A model generated the notes under the pieces. That model saw nothing but the letters and a program-made list of their open reading frames with translations, had not been told where the DNA came from and searched no databases. A DNA stretch of 64,000 nucleotides from Heteronotia binoei (Eukaryota): positions 44,826,001 to 44,890,000 of the forward strand of contig NC_083237.1 in the NCBI RefSeq assembly GCF_032191835.1, given 5' to 3'. Positions 48,822-60,669 of the stretch are shown piece after piece. The translations under genes and the position numbers were made by a program. How positions within the stretch are numbered: the stretch's first letter is position 1; the number at the start of each line of letters is the position of its first letter.

Positions 48822-50608
48822 CAGGGGTCCCCAACCCCCAGGCCGCAGACCACTACTGGTCCGTGGTCTGTTGGCAACCGGGCCGCAGCCTCGCCGCCCC
48901 TCCTGTGGCACCTCCAGTTTTACGATTTTAAGGCCAGGGAAGGGGCGACGTGCCACCTTCCCTGGCTCTTTAAAGGCCGACAACCCCCCCCCCCCTCCGA
49001 TCAGCAGTGAAAACCCTCGTAGCAACAGTGGGCAACCCACCGAAGAAGCGCTGCCGCCCTTGTCTCCTCTCCGCTTCCTTCCTGGGTGTGGAGGGGAGGA
49101 GACAAGGGCGGCGCTGCTTCTTCAGCGGGTTGCCTGCTGCTGCTATGAAGGTTTTCGCTGCCGATCGATGGGGGGGGAGGGGGGCAGGGTTTGTCGACCT
49201 TTAAAGAGCCTGGGAAGCTGGAGCTTCGCCCAGCCCCATTGCCAGGATTTGAAGAATTGGGGGCCCCTGATTTTTTTCAGGGGGCACAGAGTGGTCCCCA
49301 ACCTCCATGGCCTTCTCTCCTATCACCACTGAGGAGGAAAGCTGCCAGCTCACTGCCATACAGCCTCCCCCCTCCCCACAGCTGCCCCAAAGTGATCCCT
49401 TTCCACCCCTCTTCCAACAGCTCTGGTGGGGAGCCACTCAGAGGTTGAGATATGTGCTGCATGGTCTCCTGCCCTTACCTGTAGCATGATCCAGCTAGGC
49501 AAGCGCTGCGGGACAAGGGAGGTGGGGGGTGGAAGGCGCCACCAAGTCGTAACTGATTTCTGGGACTACAAGACCTCCAATTCGGATTTCTTCCTGTAGG
49601 AGGGCGAGCCGAGGCTGCCCAAGTGCAGCTCCCACCCTAGCTTGGGTGGCCAGCGAGACCAGGCTAGAAAGCCCCTGCAGGCGAACATCATCTCTCCACT
49701 GATCCCCAGCCCTGTACTGCAGCCGGGACCTTCACTTGTCTGCAATGGAGCCATCCACCCCCTACCCCTGCTGCCCCACTTGAGGGCCAGAACGGCCTCT
49801 TCTTGCAGGCACCCTCTAGCCCACCATCAGCCCAACTTAACTTTCAGTCCTGGGGTGCCCCCTTGTTTCTGCTTGCTGAGGGGTCAGATTTCTTCCAGCC
49901 CCTAAGCAAGCAGAAGCAAGGTAGAGCTTAACTTTCAGTCCGAGGCTCCGAAAGTGCCCCCTTGTTTCTGCTTGCTGAGGGGTCAGATTTCTTCCAGCCC
50001 CTAAGCAAGCAGAAGCAAGGTAGAGCTTAACTTTCAGTCCGAGGCTCTGAAAGTGCCCCGTTGTTTCTGCTTGCTGAGGGGTCAGAGATTTCTTCCAGCC
50101 CCTAAGGAAGCAGAAGCAACATGGAAGGTAAGTTTCAGTCCTGGGCTCCGAAAGTGCTCCGTTGTTTCTGCTTCCTGAGGGGTCAGAGAATTCTTCCAGC
50201 CCCTAAACAAGCAGAAGCAACGGTGTATGATGACGACGGCAGAATAGAGAAGGATGCAGTCAAGACACTGGAGGCTGGTTAGGGGCCCCAAGTCAGGGGG
50301 CCCTGCCTAGCAGTCGGGGCTGTGCCCCAGAGGCCCCCTCGTAGCTACGGGCCTGGCTTCGCCCCTTCCCGGGCCTTAAAATCGTAAAACCGGAGGGTGC
50401 TGGAGGCGCCGTGAGGCTGCGGAGGGGGGTGGCAGGGGGCGAGGCTGTGCAATGGAATGGTGAGACTGCAGGAGGGGCAGTGAGGCTGTGCAGGGGCGGG
50501 GCATGAGGCTGCATGGTGGGGGGGGGCGGCGAGGTTGCGTGGCTGCAAGGCCAAATTCAGTGCCCTCACCCTGCTGGTCCCCAGTGTCGCAAAGGTTGGG
50601 GACCACTG
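48822..50608. mobile_element. 1.79-kb non-autonomous hAT element, GC-rich, with an internal hairpin minisatellite
   Basis: TIRs CAGGGGTCCCCAACC / GGTTGGGGACCACTG (14/15); perfect TSD atttaggg (48814-48821, 50609-50616); inverted subterminal ttttacgattttaaggcc motifs; no transposase ORF seen. Confidence 0.88.
49838..50220. repeat. Tandem array, 4 x ~99 bp, each unit with an internal inverted repeat
   Basis: tttcagtcc anchor recurs with spacings of about 91, 99 and 101 bp; unit contains ttgtttctgcttgctgagggg...cccctaagcaagcagaagcaa. Confidence 0.92.
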
Positions 50609-51229
50609 ATTTAGGGGACTTAATTGTGCTCCATATACAGGAGCTCTATGGAAGCAGCCAGTCTGAACACAACACATAGCACCTTCTCCAATGACACCAG
50701 TCATCCTTTTCAGTTGCCTCAAAACCTGGCTTTAGCAATGAAACAGCTTTGGCTAACTCTCTATTCTGAATGATTGGGGATGGGGGGAAGAAATGTGTCC
50801 CTGTTCTCATGGACCTCTCATACGGTTTCCAGGTCCCCCTGGCCACTGGGAGGGGGGAGCCTTCGATTCTATCAGCTATGGTTTCCTTCTAGGTTCTAGT
50901 CCATGGTTCTGATCCAGAAGATGGTGTTAAGAGAAGGCTGGTCTTGCTCAGAGCCTGAGGCAATCCTACAAAGTTTCATTCCATCTTCTATTTCTGTTTA
51001 ACGTCTACATGAAACTGCATATGAGTATCATCTATATGCACATACTAGCTAGCACTATCATCTATACGCACATACCAGCTACATGAAACTGCAAATGAGT
51101 ATCATCTAAACGCACATACCAGCTAGCTCTTCCTGCACTTATGATTGAATCCGAAAGAGAATCCATTTAATGGTGCTGGAATCCATTTTGGGCTGTATGA
51201 GGGCAAGCAAACAGAAACTCTTTCCTAAC

Positions 51230-51600
51230 AAGATGGAGATGATGCATGGGATAGAGGAGATAAAGTACTTTTCTCACTTTCTCACAATACAAGATCTTAT
51301 GGTCACTTCATGAAATTAATGAGCGGTAGGCTTAGAACAGATAAAACAACTATTAACACATAGAATTTACTGCCACGGGAACTGGTGGTAGCTATAAGCA
51401 AAGACAGCTTCAAGAGGGGATTAGATAAACATATGGAGCAGAGATCCATCAGTGGCTATTGGGGAGGCAACAATAGGAGGGCTTCTGGAGTTCTGGCCCC
51501 ACTGATGGGTCTCCTGAGGGCACCTGGATTTTGGCCACTGTGTGACACAAGAGTGGATGGGCTACTGGCCTGATCCAACATGGCTTCTCTTATGTTTATG
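51230..51600 (+). mobile_element. CR1-type LINE 3' fragment
   Basis: gacagcttcaagaggggattagataaacatatggagcagagatccatcagtggctatt...ggcctgatccaacatggcttctcttatgtttatgt. Confidence 0.75.
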
Positions 51601-52799
51601 TTTGCGATGGGGGTCAGCCGAGGGACTGGGACAATTCAGAGTCACCCTGTGAATTACTACTACAAAAGAAGTGTTTCCGCTCAACCTCCATTGACTTCCA
51701 GTTGGTTACTGAGCCCAATTGGCAGGGTTGACCTTTAATGCCAAAAAGGGCTCAGGGGTGAGAGTTGGGCCATGTAGCTGGCCAGGCTGTGCTTTGGGTT
51801 CTGCCACATTCAGAACTTCAATAGGCAGTGATTTGTGACAAGGTCTTTTCAGTGACAGCACCAGGGCCGCTTCACCTGGGTTATATATCCAATTCCTCCC
51901 TGTTAGCTTTACAAAGCCCTTTTTGTCAGGCATTTGAGCTAGATTGATGGTGTGGTGGATATTTTCTTGGTGCTTCAAACAGTTTTTAACTTTTTACTCT
52001 CAATGTTGTATAATAGAGGGTGGATAAGGTAGTTTGTTCTGCTTTTTACTGAGAACTTGGTTTTTATTTGCTGTATTATTTCCTGTTCTGTTTGGCCATT
52101 TAAAAATGTTTGTTATTATTGCTGTTTTGAGTTTTCATCAATAGCTTTCCAGAGAGTACCTTTGAAAGAAGGGCTCTACCTTTTTTTAAACAAATAGCAG
52201 GATCTGCACTACTGCTTGCCAGATAACGTGCAAAACAGAGCAAATACCTACTATTTTGAGACAATTATTACACAGTTTTAGTCTATTCTTCCTGAAGTCA
52301 CTAAGCATAGCATAGCAGACTGTTTCCCCATCTTCTCTACACATTGACACACTAAGGGCTGAAAGACAGGAACTTCCTGGCAGAGTACAGATTAGAACCC
52401 AGTTCAGTGCTCCAGCTGTTATTCCCCAGCCACACTCCGCTCGCTTTCTGTTTATAGCAAGCAGTAGCTGTGCTGTTTGTGATGGGCCCAGGCTTGTTTC
52501 AGGAACAGCAGGCGCAGCAGCTAGAGTGGGAGGGAAGCCACAAGGGCAGGAAGGGATTTCTCACCTAGGTGAGCAATCCCTCCCTGCCTTCAAAGCATCC
52601 TGCTAGATACAGGCAGGAGCCATGGCCTTGGATAAGAGATGGAAAGGATGCAAGGCCTGCAGAAAACCTGTCAGTCTCATATCCTGAGGGTAGGATGGAG
52701 GGCAGAGAGGAAGGTCATGTATGCTACTCTTATCTGCTGGAGAAAGGGTGTAATAGATATAGCCTGTAATACATACAGTGAGAGAAACAGCGAACATAT

Positions 52800-53335
52800 A
52801 TGTATGCACTAAAAATGGATATGAAACGATCCCGATTCATACACAAATTGTGCTGATTTATGGTTCGTTTTGAATCAGTTCAGACCCTGGTGATTTGTTT
52901 GCTTCATTTTTGCAGTTCTGTTTCCCAGACAGCCTGGCACTGATTCAATCAATTCCTAGGCAATACTGGAGGTGGACTTCTGGGAGCCCTAGAAACACCT
53001 ATAATAGTTATCCATGGCTTGATTGGCAGCTCTGGGAAGCAATCATGGAGCTCCCATTCTATGGGAGCAGACAGCTGCTTTCACTTTGTAGCATGAAGAA
53101 AAGAAGACTTAGCTCTCAGAGCTGAAGCTGAGTTTTCCTGAGGGCACCTGCTTTGGGATGGGGTATAACTCGCACTTTCCAAATTCAATCTTTGGCAATC
53201 ATTGAAGGCTGGTGGAGGACAGCCTACTGAAAATTCCCAGAGAGTTTTACATCTCCCGAACCAACAAACCACAAACTGGTTCGGACAACCAGACTAACCA
53301 TGAATCACCCTTTCCCCGGTTCGTGCCCATCCCTA
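52800..53335. mobile_element. Degraded hAT-like element (TAGGGATGGGCACG-type end)
   Basis: Right end ggttcgtgcccatcccta; left end degenerate. Confidence 0.4.
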
Positions 53336-53764
53336 GTGTGAACAGTTGGATGCTGCTCTTGGCTAGCAGAAGATCAAGTTCTCCTTCAGCCGTAAAACTC
53401 AAAGAGTGACTATAGGTCAGTTGCTCCCCTCCAAGTAGGGTTGCCTGTTCTGGGTTAGGAAATCCCTGGAGATTTGGGGGAGGGACCTCAAGTAGGGCAT
53501 AATACCATGGAGTCTACTTTTCAAAGGAGCCATTTTCTCCAAGGGACCAATTCTTTGCAACCTAGAGACTAGTTGCAACTGAAGAAGTGAGCAGTGACTC
53601 ACAAAAGTTCATACTCTAACACAACTTTTGTTAGTCTTTAAGGTGTCACTGGACTCTTGGCTCTTTTCTTCTGCAACAGCTACTTTAGCAGGAGGGAATC
53701 TAACCTGGATGCTTACATGTTTATTCAACATATGAGCTTTTATGTGCATGTATATTTCCATGTA

Positions 53765-54170
53765 CAATTCTCTGTCCTGGCCCCTACCTGGTGGAACAAG
53801 CTACTATTGGAGATTAGGGCCCTGCAGGGACTGCTGCAGTTCTGTAGGGCCTGTAAGACAGAGCTGTTCCACCAGGCATTCAACTGAGGTGGTGGACATT
53901 GTGTTATTCTGCGGCCTCCCTGTTGCAGGGGCCATGATGAAATAACTCTGTCAACCCATTTATCTTATACCAGCTGGGGGATGTATGGGAGGAGTGGAGG
54001 TAAATGACATCACTGACTGCAGAATTGATGTTTGTTTTTAGATTGTTATATTGCTTTTAGATTGTATATTGTTTTATTATATATATCTGATCTTAACCTT
54101 GTATTATTGACTGTTATCTGCTCACAGCCCATTTGGGAAAGGGCGGGTTATAAATTGAAAATAATAAACA
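53765..54170 (+). mobile_element. L2 LINE 3' fragment
   Basis: ctgtcctggcccctacctggtggaacaagct...ttctgtagggcctgtaagacagagctgttccaccaggc...gggcgggttataaat. Confidence 0.8.
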
Positions 54171-54220
54171 AACTTCAATGTTCTTAGAGGTGCCACTGAA
54201 CTCTTAAAATTGTTCTACTG

Positions 54221-54358
54221 CAGGGGTGGCCAACGGTAGTTCTCCAGATATTTTTTGCCTACAACTCCCATCAACCACAGCCATTGGCCATGCTGGCTGG
54301 GGCTGGTGGGAGTTGTAGGCAAAAAAAGAATCTGGAGAGCTACCGTTGGCCACCCCTG
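54221..54358. mobile_element. Palindromic hAT MITE (same family as 35615-35752)
   Basis: TIR CAGGGGTGGCCAACGG; perfect TSD ttctactg. Confidence 0.92.
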
Positions 54359-54540
54359 TTCTACTGCTTCAGACCAACACAGCTGCCCACCTGGACCTAT
54401 CTGGATGCCTAAAGCTAGGATTCCAGGGAGAATGAAATTGGTTGCAGGAAGTGATGGTTGGGAGCACAGAGCCATGCACTGTTAGGAGAAAAAAAATGCT
54501 GGTAGCTGGCCGTAGATGAAACAGCCTGAGTGACAAGATA

Positions 54541-54620
54541 TGCCCCCTCCTTTGCTTGACCTTGGGACTACCATTGGTTCAACGATGGGAGGGGATAGCC
54601 AGGTCTTCACGCTATAAAAA
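54541..54620 (+). promoter_or_regulatory. LHB proximal promoter: SF-1 (NR5A1) gonadotrope element and TATA box
   Basis: TGACCTTG at 54557-54564, TATAAAAA at 54613-54620, Egr-like TGCCCCCTCC at 54541-54550; TATA is 55 nt upstream of the ATG. Confidence 0.72.
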
Positions 54621-54667
54621 GCCTGCAAGGCAGAGATGATATGAAGCAGCCCAGAGCAGCCACCGCT

Positions 54668-54682
54668 ATGAAGCTCATACAG
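54668..54682 (+). CDS. LHB: Luteinizing hormone beta, exon 1 (MKLIQ)
   Basis: ATG AAG CTC ATA CAG|gtatgt; same 15-nt coding length as recalled mammalian LHB exon 1; directly downstream of TATA and SF-1 site; in phase with exon 2. Confidence 0.8.
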
Positions 54683-54838
54683 GTATGTGCAACGAAAGGG
54701 GAAATCCAGAAGCAGAAATGAGCGGGTATTGGGGAGGCTAGTTTAACAGGAAAAGCCTGGAACTCAGAGATACCTCTTTTTCTTTCTCAATGCAAGATGA
54801 CAAACGTCTACCAGGCCCGCAATACTGTTTCCTACTTA

Positions 54839-55107
54839 GGAGAGCCAGTTTGGTGTAGTGGATAAGTGCGTGGACTCTTATCTGGGAGAACCGGGCTTGA
54901 TTCCCCACTCCTCCACTTGCACCTGCTAGCATGGGTCAGCCACAGCTCCGGCAGAGGTTGTCCTTGAAAGGGCAGCTGCTGTGAGAGCCCTCTCCAGCCC
55001 CACCCACCTCACAGGGTGTCTGTTGTGGGGGAGGAAGGTAAAGGAGATTGTGAGCCGCTCTGAGACTCTTCGGAGTGGAGGGCGGGATATAAATCCAATA
55101 TCTTCTT
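54839..55107 (+). mobile_element. Squam3-like SINE, full length (LHB intron 1)
   Basis: gagagccagtttggtgtagtggataagtgcgtggac...gggcgggatataaatccaatatcttct. Confidence 0.88.
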
Positions 55108-55184
55108 AATATCTATACCTGCAGCTTACTTAACAAAAAGTATCCCACAGTACCTATTACTAGTTCACTAGCTTCGCATAACAC

Positions 55185-55484
55185 AGTCCCGTGGCACAGA
55201 GTGGTAAAGCTGCAGTGCTGCAGTCCGAGCTCTCTGCTCATGGCCTGAGTTCGATCCTGGCAAAAGCTGGGTTCAGGTAGCTGGCTCAAGATTGACTCAG
55301 CCTTCCATCCTTCTGAGGTTGGTGAAATGAGTACCCAGCTTGCTGGGGGGAAAGTGTGGATGACTGGGGAGGGCAATGGCAAACCACCTGGTAAAAAGTC
55401 TGCCATGAAAACATCGTGATGCGACGTCACCCCGGAGTCAGAAATGACTGGTGCTTGCACAGGGGTCTACTTTTCCTTTCCTTT
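55185..55484 (+). mobile_element. Sauria SINE (LHB intron 1)
   Basis: Family core gattgactcagccttccatccttctgaggttggtgaaatgagtacccag. Confidence 0.88.
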
Positions 55485-56559
55485 AGCTTAGCATAATTAA
55501 TAGTCTTCTCTGCTTTTCCCCATTACACCTGAACTTGACGTAATTATATTCTGCTTCCTGTGTTCCAAACCTCCTACACATAGTGTAAGTATTTACACAT
55601 AACATTTGAAGAAGCACTTGTGCTAGGGTAAACCGTTTAAGCCTTTTTAAAAGAGACAATACTTTTTGTTTTCATTCCAATAGCGTTAACTGGAATAAAT
55701 GTGGTGTATAACTTGGGGGCCAAGCTATATACAAGGATCAGAGAAATCAACACTCCCAATTAATTTAGCTTCGAGAAGAAGTGTGAGCAGGACAAAGAAG
55801 AGATACGTATTAGGGCCCTGGTGTGATCACACCACCCCTGAGCCAAGTGCTGTTTTTTCCCCTCACTTTTGAGAATGCATGCCTAGGGCCTGAGCTGTAA
55901 CTTACGTGAAGAATGGAATGCTTCCCAGTTGCATGAAGGGGCACAAGAGAACAGCTTGACTGTCATATACAAAAGGGGGAAGATGTAGACAAAACTTCAT
56001 TAGTTCAGCACACGCCACATGGGGGGCGGGGGGTGGTTATAATTTTTCTCATGCTGAACACCATAAGAGTAGAGCAGCTCAGCATGAGTACTGTACCTTA
56101 ATTCTCCCCTAAGAAGCAACAGGTTTTCCGATTATACAGCCTTAAAATTCATTCATGAGACCCTCCTTAAATAAAATGTTAGGTTGATTGGCTGTGTGCT
56201 CTATTGTCTTCCTAATTAATGTTCTTACATGCACTAGCCCAAACTCTGGAGGTATGTTTACTTCTTGCTTGGATAGAAGATACCTTGTACATTAAAGGAC
56301 TAGATGTTTTAAAATGAACCTGAAAGGAGAATACCTGCAGTACCCTCTTTATGGCTTCGACCTTGCTGCAGCAATGAATAAATTGATGCTGCCGTCGCTG
56401 CTCAGCCTACCCTCAAAATGGCAACTCTGAAGCCACTTCCACACTGCTTTGGCTTTCCTATTGCAGCACTATTTCCAGAACATCAACACATAATAATGCA
56501 CTATTATGCCTCTTTATTTAATATACTCTCTAAGCCTGCTCTGATTTTTTTTTGGGGGG

Positions 56560-57030
56560 GGGGTATTTTTTAATGTGCATATGTGAATGCGTTTGTGCAC
56601 CTGGAAGTCATGGCAACCTCTCGTAACTGCCCCCTACTGGGGGGCCTGGAGGATATTCAGAGAGGTAAAGCCTGCCCCTGTCCTCCTGACTGCTGGTATT
56701 TCAAAAAGGTCTCCCATCCAAGTTATTGCCAGAATCCACCCTTCTTGGCCTTTGAGATCTGACAAAATGGGGTTTGCCTGAACTATCCCATTCAGGGCAA
56801 ACCTGCTCTGATCTTTGTGAGAAGATCACAGCCCGAGTGTGTTATCATGTCTGCAAAGTACCACTAAGTTGCAGCTAACTTGTGGTGACCCTGAAGGATT
56901 TTCAAGACAAACAGAGGTGTTTTGCCATTGCTGGCTTCTGCGTCATGACCCTGGACTTCCTTGGTGGTCTCCCATCCTTAGCGCTAACCAATGCTGACCG
57001 TGTTCAGCTTCCTAGACTAGACTAGCCTGA
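56560..57030 (-). mobile_element. Two adjacent 5S-derived SINE copies
   Basis: aggtctcccatccaagttattgcc... and ccttggtggtctcccatcc... are both rc of 5S-like heads. Confidence 0.55.
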
Positions 57031-57051
57031 GCCACAGTGCTATTAACAGTG

Positions 57052-57247
57052 ATCATGGAATCATAGAATTGGAAGGGACCTCCCTCCAGGATCATTTAGT
57101 CCAACCCCCTGCACAATACAGGAAATTCACAAATACCTCCCCCCTCACAGGATCAGAATTGCTGTCAGATCTAGCATCTGTTTAAAACCTCCAAGGAAGG
57201 CGAGCCCACCACCACCCGAAGAAACCTGTTCCACTGAGGAACTGCTC
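57052..57247 (-). mobile_element. CR1 LINE 3' fragment
   Basis: atcatagaattggaagggacctcc...atttagtccaaccccctgcac. Confidence 0.8.
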
Positions 57248-57467
57248 TATCGGTGATAGCTTTCTAAGAGCCTTGGAAAAGTCCTCAGGTGGCATGACAG
57301 GAGAGTGAAATGCAGGGGAAATGGTGTCTGAAAGAGGAAAGCATGCAAAAACTCCTGTGGGGAAGCCCTGTTGTCAGTGGCTGCTCATGGGGTCTGCAGC
57401 CGCAGCAGCAATGAACACAGAACAGAGATTCTACACTGCCTAAGCCAGAATTTGACAGACCCCTTAC

Positions 57468-57661
57468 CAATGTTCCCTCTCAGCTGCAGAGTCTTGTGAG
57501 CAAAAGTTCTAGTTTGTGAGCTACTAGCATTAAAGTTGTGAGCTACTGCATAAATTATTGTGCTCAGGGATCATTCTTCCTGAGCTAAGACAAAAATGTG
57601 TGAGCTGGAGGCCAAAAATCTGTGAGCTAACTCACACTAACTCAACTTAGATGGAACATTG
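57468..57661. mobile_element. hAT MITE (CAATGTTCCCTCT-TIR family)
   Basis: caatgttccctctcagctg...cttagatggaacattg; TSD matches at 6/8. Confidence 0.8.
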
Positions 57662-58043
57662 CCCATAACTCATTAAGAACAGGGGTGCATTCAGAAAGCA
57701 GCTGCAGTGGCAGACACCAAAAGCTGCAAGCATCCTTGCGAATGTCCCAACAGGTTAAAACCAAATGATCACTCCCTTTAAGGCATAGCGTAGGCCATGC
57801 ATGCATGCCTCTGTCTCTATCGCCATCTGATCGCTCAACTCCAATATGTCAGAACATTCAGTCACTACACACACCCCCACACCAAAGGCAAGCACATCAC
57901 CACACCAGCTACTAGTATCAAGCTGTTGCTGTGTACAAGCAGATGGATGACACGGCAGGCCTACTCAGAGCATCAGGAATTAATCTTTCCGCTTGCATCT
58001 TTGATAGCTCTCAGCTTCTCAACTCTCCCCTGCATTTGTCTAG

Positions 58044-58229
58044 GAAAAGAAGCCCTTGGCGGTGGTGATCTTACTCATGGTGGCCAGCCACTGTGCTGGC
58101 CGCAGGAGCAATCCTGTCAGGAGCCCGTCCTGCCGCCCCATCAATGCCACCATTGCCGCCGAGAAGGACAACTGCCCTGTCTGCACAACCATCACTACCT
58201 CCATCTGCGGTGGCTACTGTGAGACAAGG
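58044..58229 (+). CDS. LHB: LHB exon 2 (signal peptide remainder; [18 protein letters not shown]...CGGYCETR)
   Basis: Acceptor tgcatttgtctag, donor AGG|gtgcgt, phase 0/0; single N-A-T sequon as in LH-beta; CGGYC variant of CAGYC. Confidence 0.94.
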
Positions 58230-58377
58230 GTGCGTGTAAAATGGCAGGGTGGGAGGGGCTCCATACGGTGGTGTGTGGACTAGACAGAGCTCAACCTTAA
58301 ATCTTTCCTTAGCATTAGACTTACCGGGAGTGGACCTGAAAAGAGCTTTATAGGCACCTAGCCACTTGCCTCTAGAG

Positions 58378-58468
58378 CAGGGGTGGACAACGGTAGTTCT
58401 CCATGCTGGCTGAGGCTGATGGGAGTTATAGAAAAAAACCTCTGGAGAGCTACTGTTGGCCACCCCTG
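58378..58468. mobile_element. Internally deleted palindromic hAT MITE (LHB intron 2)
   Basis: Same TIR family; perfect TSD ctctagag. Confidence 0.88.
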
Positions 58469-58586
58469 CTCTAGAGCACAAGAGCCACTTTTGGGGAGAA
58501 GACAAAAGATGTACCAATCCAGGAGCACCCACAACTCTCAGTCTGACATTTTAGCTCTAAACCCACCATTCAGAAATGCCACACTG

Positions 58587-58803
58587 AACATATGGACACA
58601 TGAAGCTACCTTATACCGAGTCAGACCCTCGGTCCATCAAAGTCAGTATTGTCTTCTCAGACTGGCAGCGGCTCTCCAGGGTCTCAAGCTGAGGTTTTTC
58701 ACACCTATTTGCCTGGACCCTTTTTTGGAGATGCCAGGGATTGAACCTGGGACCTTCTGCTTCCCAAGCAGATGCTCTACCACTGAGCCACCGTCCCTCC
58801 CCC
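58587..58803 (-). mobile_element. Squam2-like SINE (LHB intron 2)
   Basis: Highly similar to 6634-6848. Confidence 0.88.
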
Positions 58804-59208
58804 CGACTGACAAGAGAACGCTGCATGCCTTGTGTGATGCCAACAGTTCCATACTCCTCACCACCTGCTGGCAGGTGACCAAGCATTCTATTGTTTATGG
58901 AGGGGGGGGGAGGAAACAGACCTTTGGTCTCAGGGGACGGGAATCACCTGTGCCTTTGTCCTAGACGAAAGGTACACTTTTTGATCTTGTAGTGCCAGCT
59001 TGTGTCTGGCTGGAGTGAAAATAAAAATAAATGGAATTCAATTATAAATGCCAGCATGGGTAAGAGGCTGATGCAGATATGTGGGCCCTGACCAAAGGTT
59101 GGCAATGGAGGGGCTTTACTCTTTTTAAACTGCTTTTTTGGCCAGGAATGCGCATGAGTGAGAGCTAGTCTTGCTGAGCCCTCCATTCCAAACCCTTGTC
59201 CTTTACAG

Positions 59209-59439
59209 GCGAAAGTGTTAGACGTCTTCTTGCCCTTCATCCAAAGAGCCTGCACTTACAAGGAGGTACGCTACGAGACCGTGCGCCTGCCTGGATGCCC
59301 AACGGGAGTGGACCCTTCCTTCTCCTACCCCGTGGCCCTCAGCTGCCACTGTGACCTCTGCAAGGTGGACTCCAGTGACTGCACCGTTCAGAGCATCGGG
59401 CCCGATTTCTGCATGAACCGACGCCCCTCCCTCCAGTGA
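59209..59439 (+). CDS. LHB: LHB exon 3, terminal ([39 protein letters not shown]...C)
   Basis: Acceptor ccttgtcctttacag; completes 12 Cys; total 143 aa. Confidence 0.95.
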   Translation, partial: AKVLDVFLPFIQRACTYKEVRYETVRLPGCPTGVDPSFSYPVALSCHCDLCKVDSSDCTVQSIGPDFCMNRRPSLQ

Positions 59440-59459
59440 AAAGGGTGGGGGAAGTGACC

Positions 59460-59465
59460 AATAAA
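59460..59465 (+). terminator. LHB polyadenylation signal
   Basis: AATAAA about 20 nt after the stop; LHB genes have very short 3' UTRs. Confidence 0.75.
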
Positions 59466-60669
59466 TGCCTTCAGGACCAGAAAGAGTGTGTGGCTCTCTA
59501 AAAGGGGGAGGTGGAGTCAATGAATGCAGCATCTTGGCTTCAAGCATCCTTTTGGACTGCTTCTCCACCCCCTTTGCTTTCCTCCACATCCCCTTCTACT
59601 TTCCACAGACAGCCCCAACTCCAGCCCTCTCCTGTTCACTAGAACTAATGCACCACTTAAAGTTTCAATTTCCACTCACCACGGATCTAGATTTCTGTTT
59701 TATGAGAACCTCCTTTTTGAAACAAAACAATGTTTAACTTAGCTAAATCAACCTGCCACTTGAAAATCAGCTTGGATGTTCTGTGTACATGCTGCATTTT
59801 TCCTTGGGGAGGGTTTTTTTAAAAAACAAAACAAAACAGAACAAGGCTAGGGACACAGGATTGTACTGGGCGCCAGCAGGGATATAAGGGCCATAAAAAA
59901 TGAAGATGGAGAAGGCTGGTTCCTAAAACAGGCTTTAGTTCACTGCCAATTTTTGAGCCTTAAAAGGGGGGGAAGCCCCAATCTTCCCTCATTCTTCTCC
60001 AGCTTACAGTCTCCTTCCAGCCCCACAGTCCCCATAAGGTCAAGGTTGCAAGACCACGCTAGTGCTCCTGGCAGAGAATGCCAGAAGTCTCTCTTCTTCC
60101 TTGCTGCTCTCAAATTCTCAGATCCTTACAGACAACGAGGGCCTAATGACACATTACATTTCCCCTCAGTCTCCGCAATCAGACAGGTGTTGCATGCACT
60201 GTGCTGGGTGTTAAATTTCCAGATCTGGAGGGCCCTAGTTCAATGGAGACCTCAGGGACAGGGTGCTTAGGCCTCCTCCCATAATTCCATTTCCTGGAAA
60301 TGGCCCCAGTTGGCGCCACTAGGGGCTCCACGCATGAAGATAGGGCATATCTGAGTATCGCCAATGGGGCAAGCAGCAGTCCCCTCCCAGGGCCATTTCA
60401 GGGCAGGAACACAGTGAGAAGGCAAGGCATAAGCCTCTTCTCTCCCTGCTTGCTGCAGTCCCAAATCCAGATCAAGCCTTCAAGGGCTTCGACATTAAAA
60501 CTTTCTCAGCATGAAACTTGCTGGGGACCTAGGGAAAACAAAAAGCACGCTCTGTAATCCTAACCTCATTACATTGCTTACTGGATGTCCCATCCTGTTG
60601 AATGTATTGACTGACAGTGTATATTCCACCTTGAGCCTCAGCAAGAAAGAAGGATCATGAGTAATACAT

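Noticed and set aside
49838-50220. CRISPR-like appearance of the hairpin array
   Set aside because: No unique spacers, vertebrate context, no cas genes; it is a minisatellite inside a transposon
59883-59920. TATAA followed by an ATG downstream of LHB
   Set aside because: ORF is only 8 codons with no donor support; likely chance
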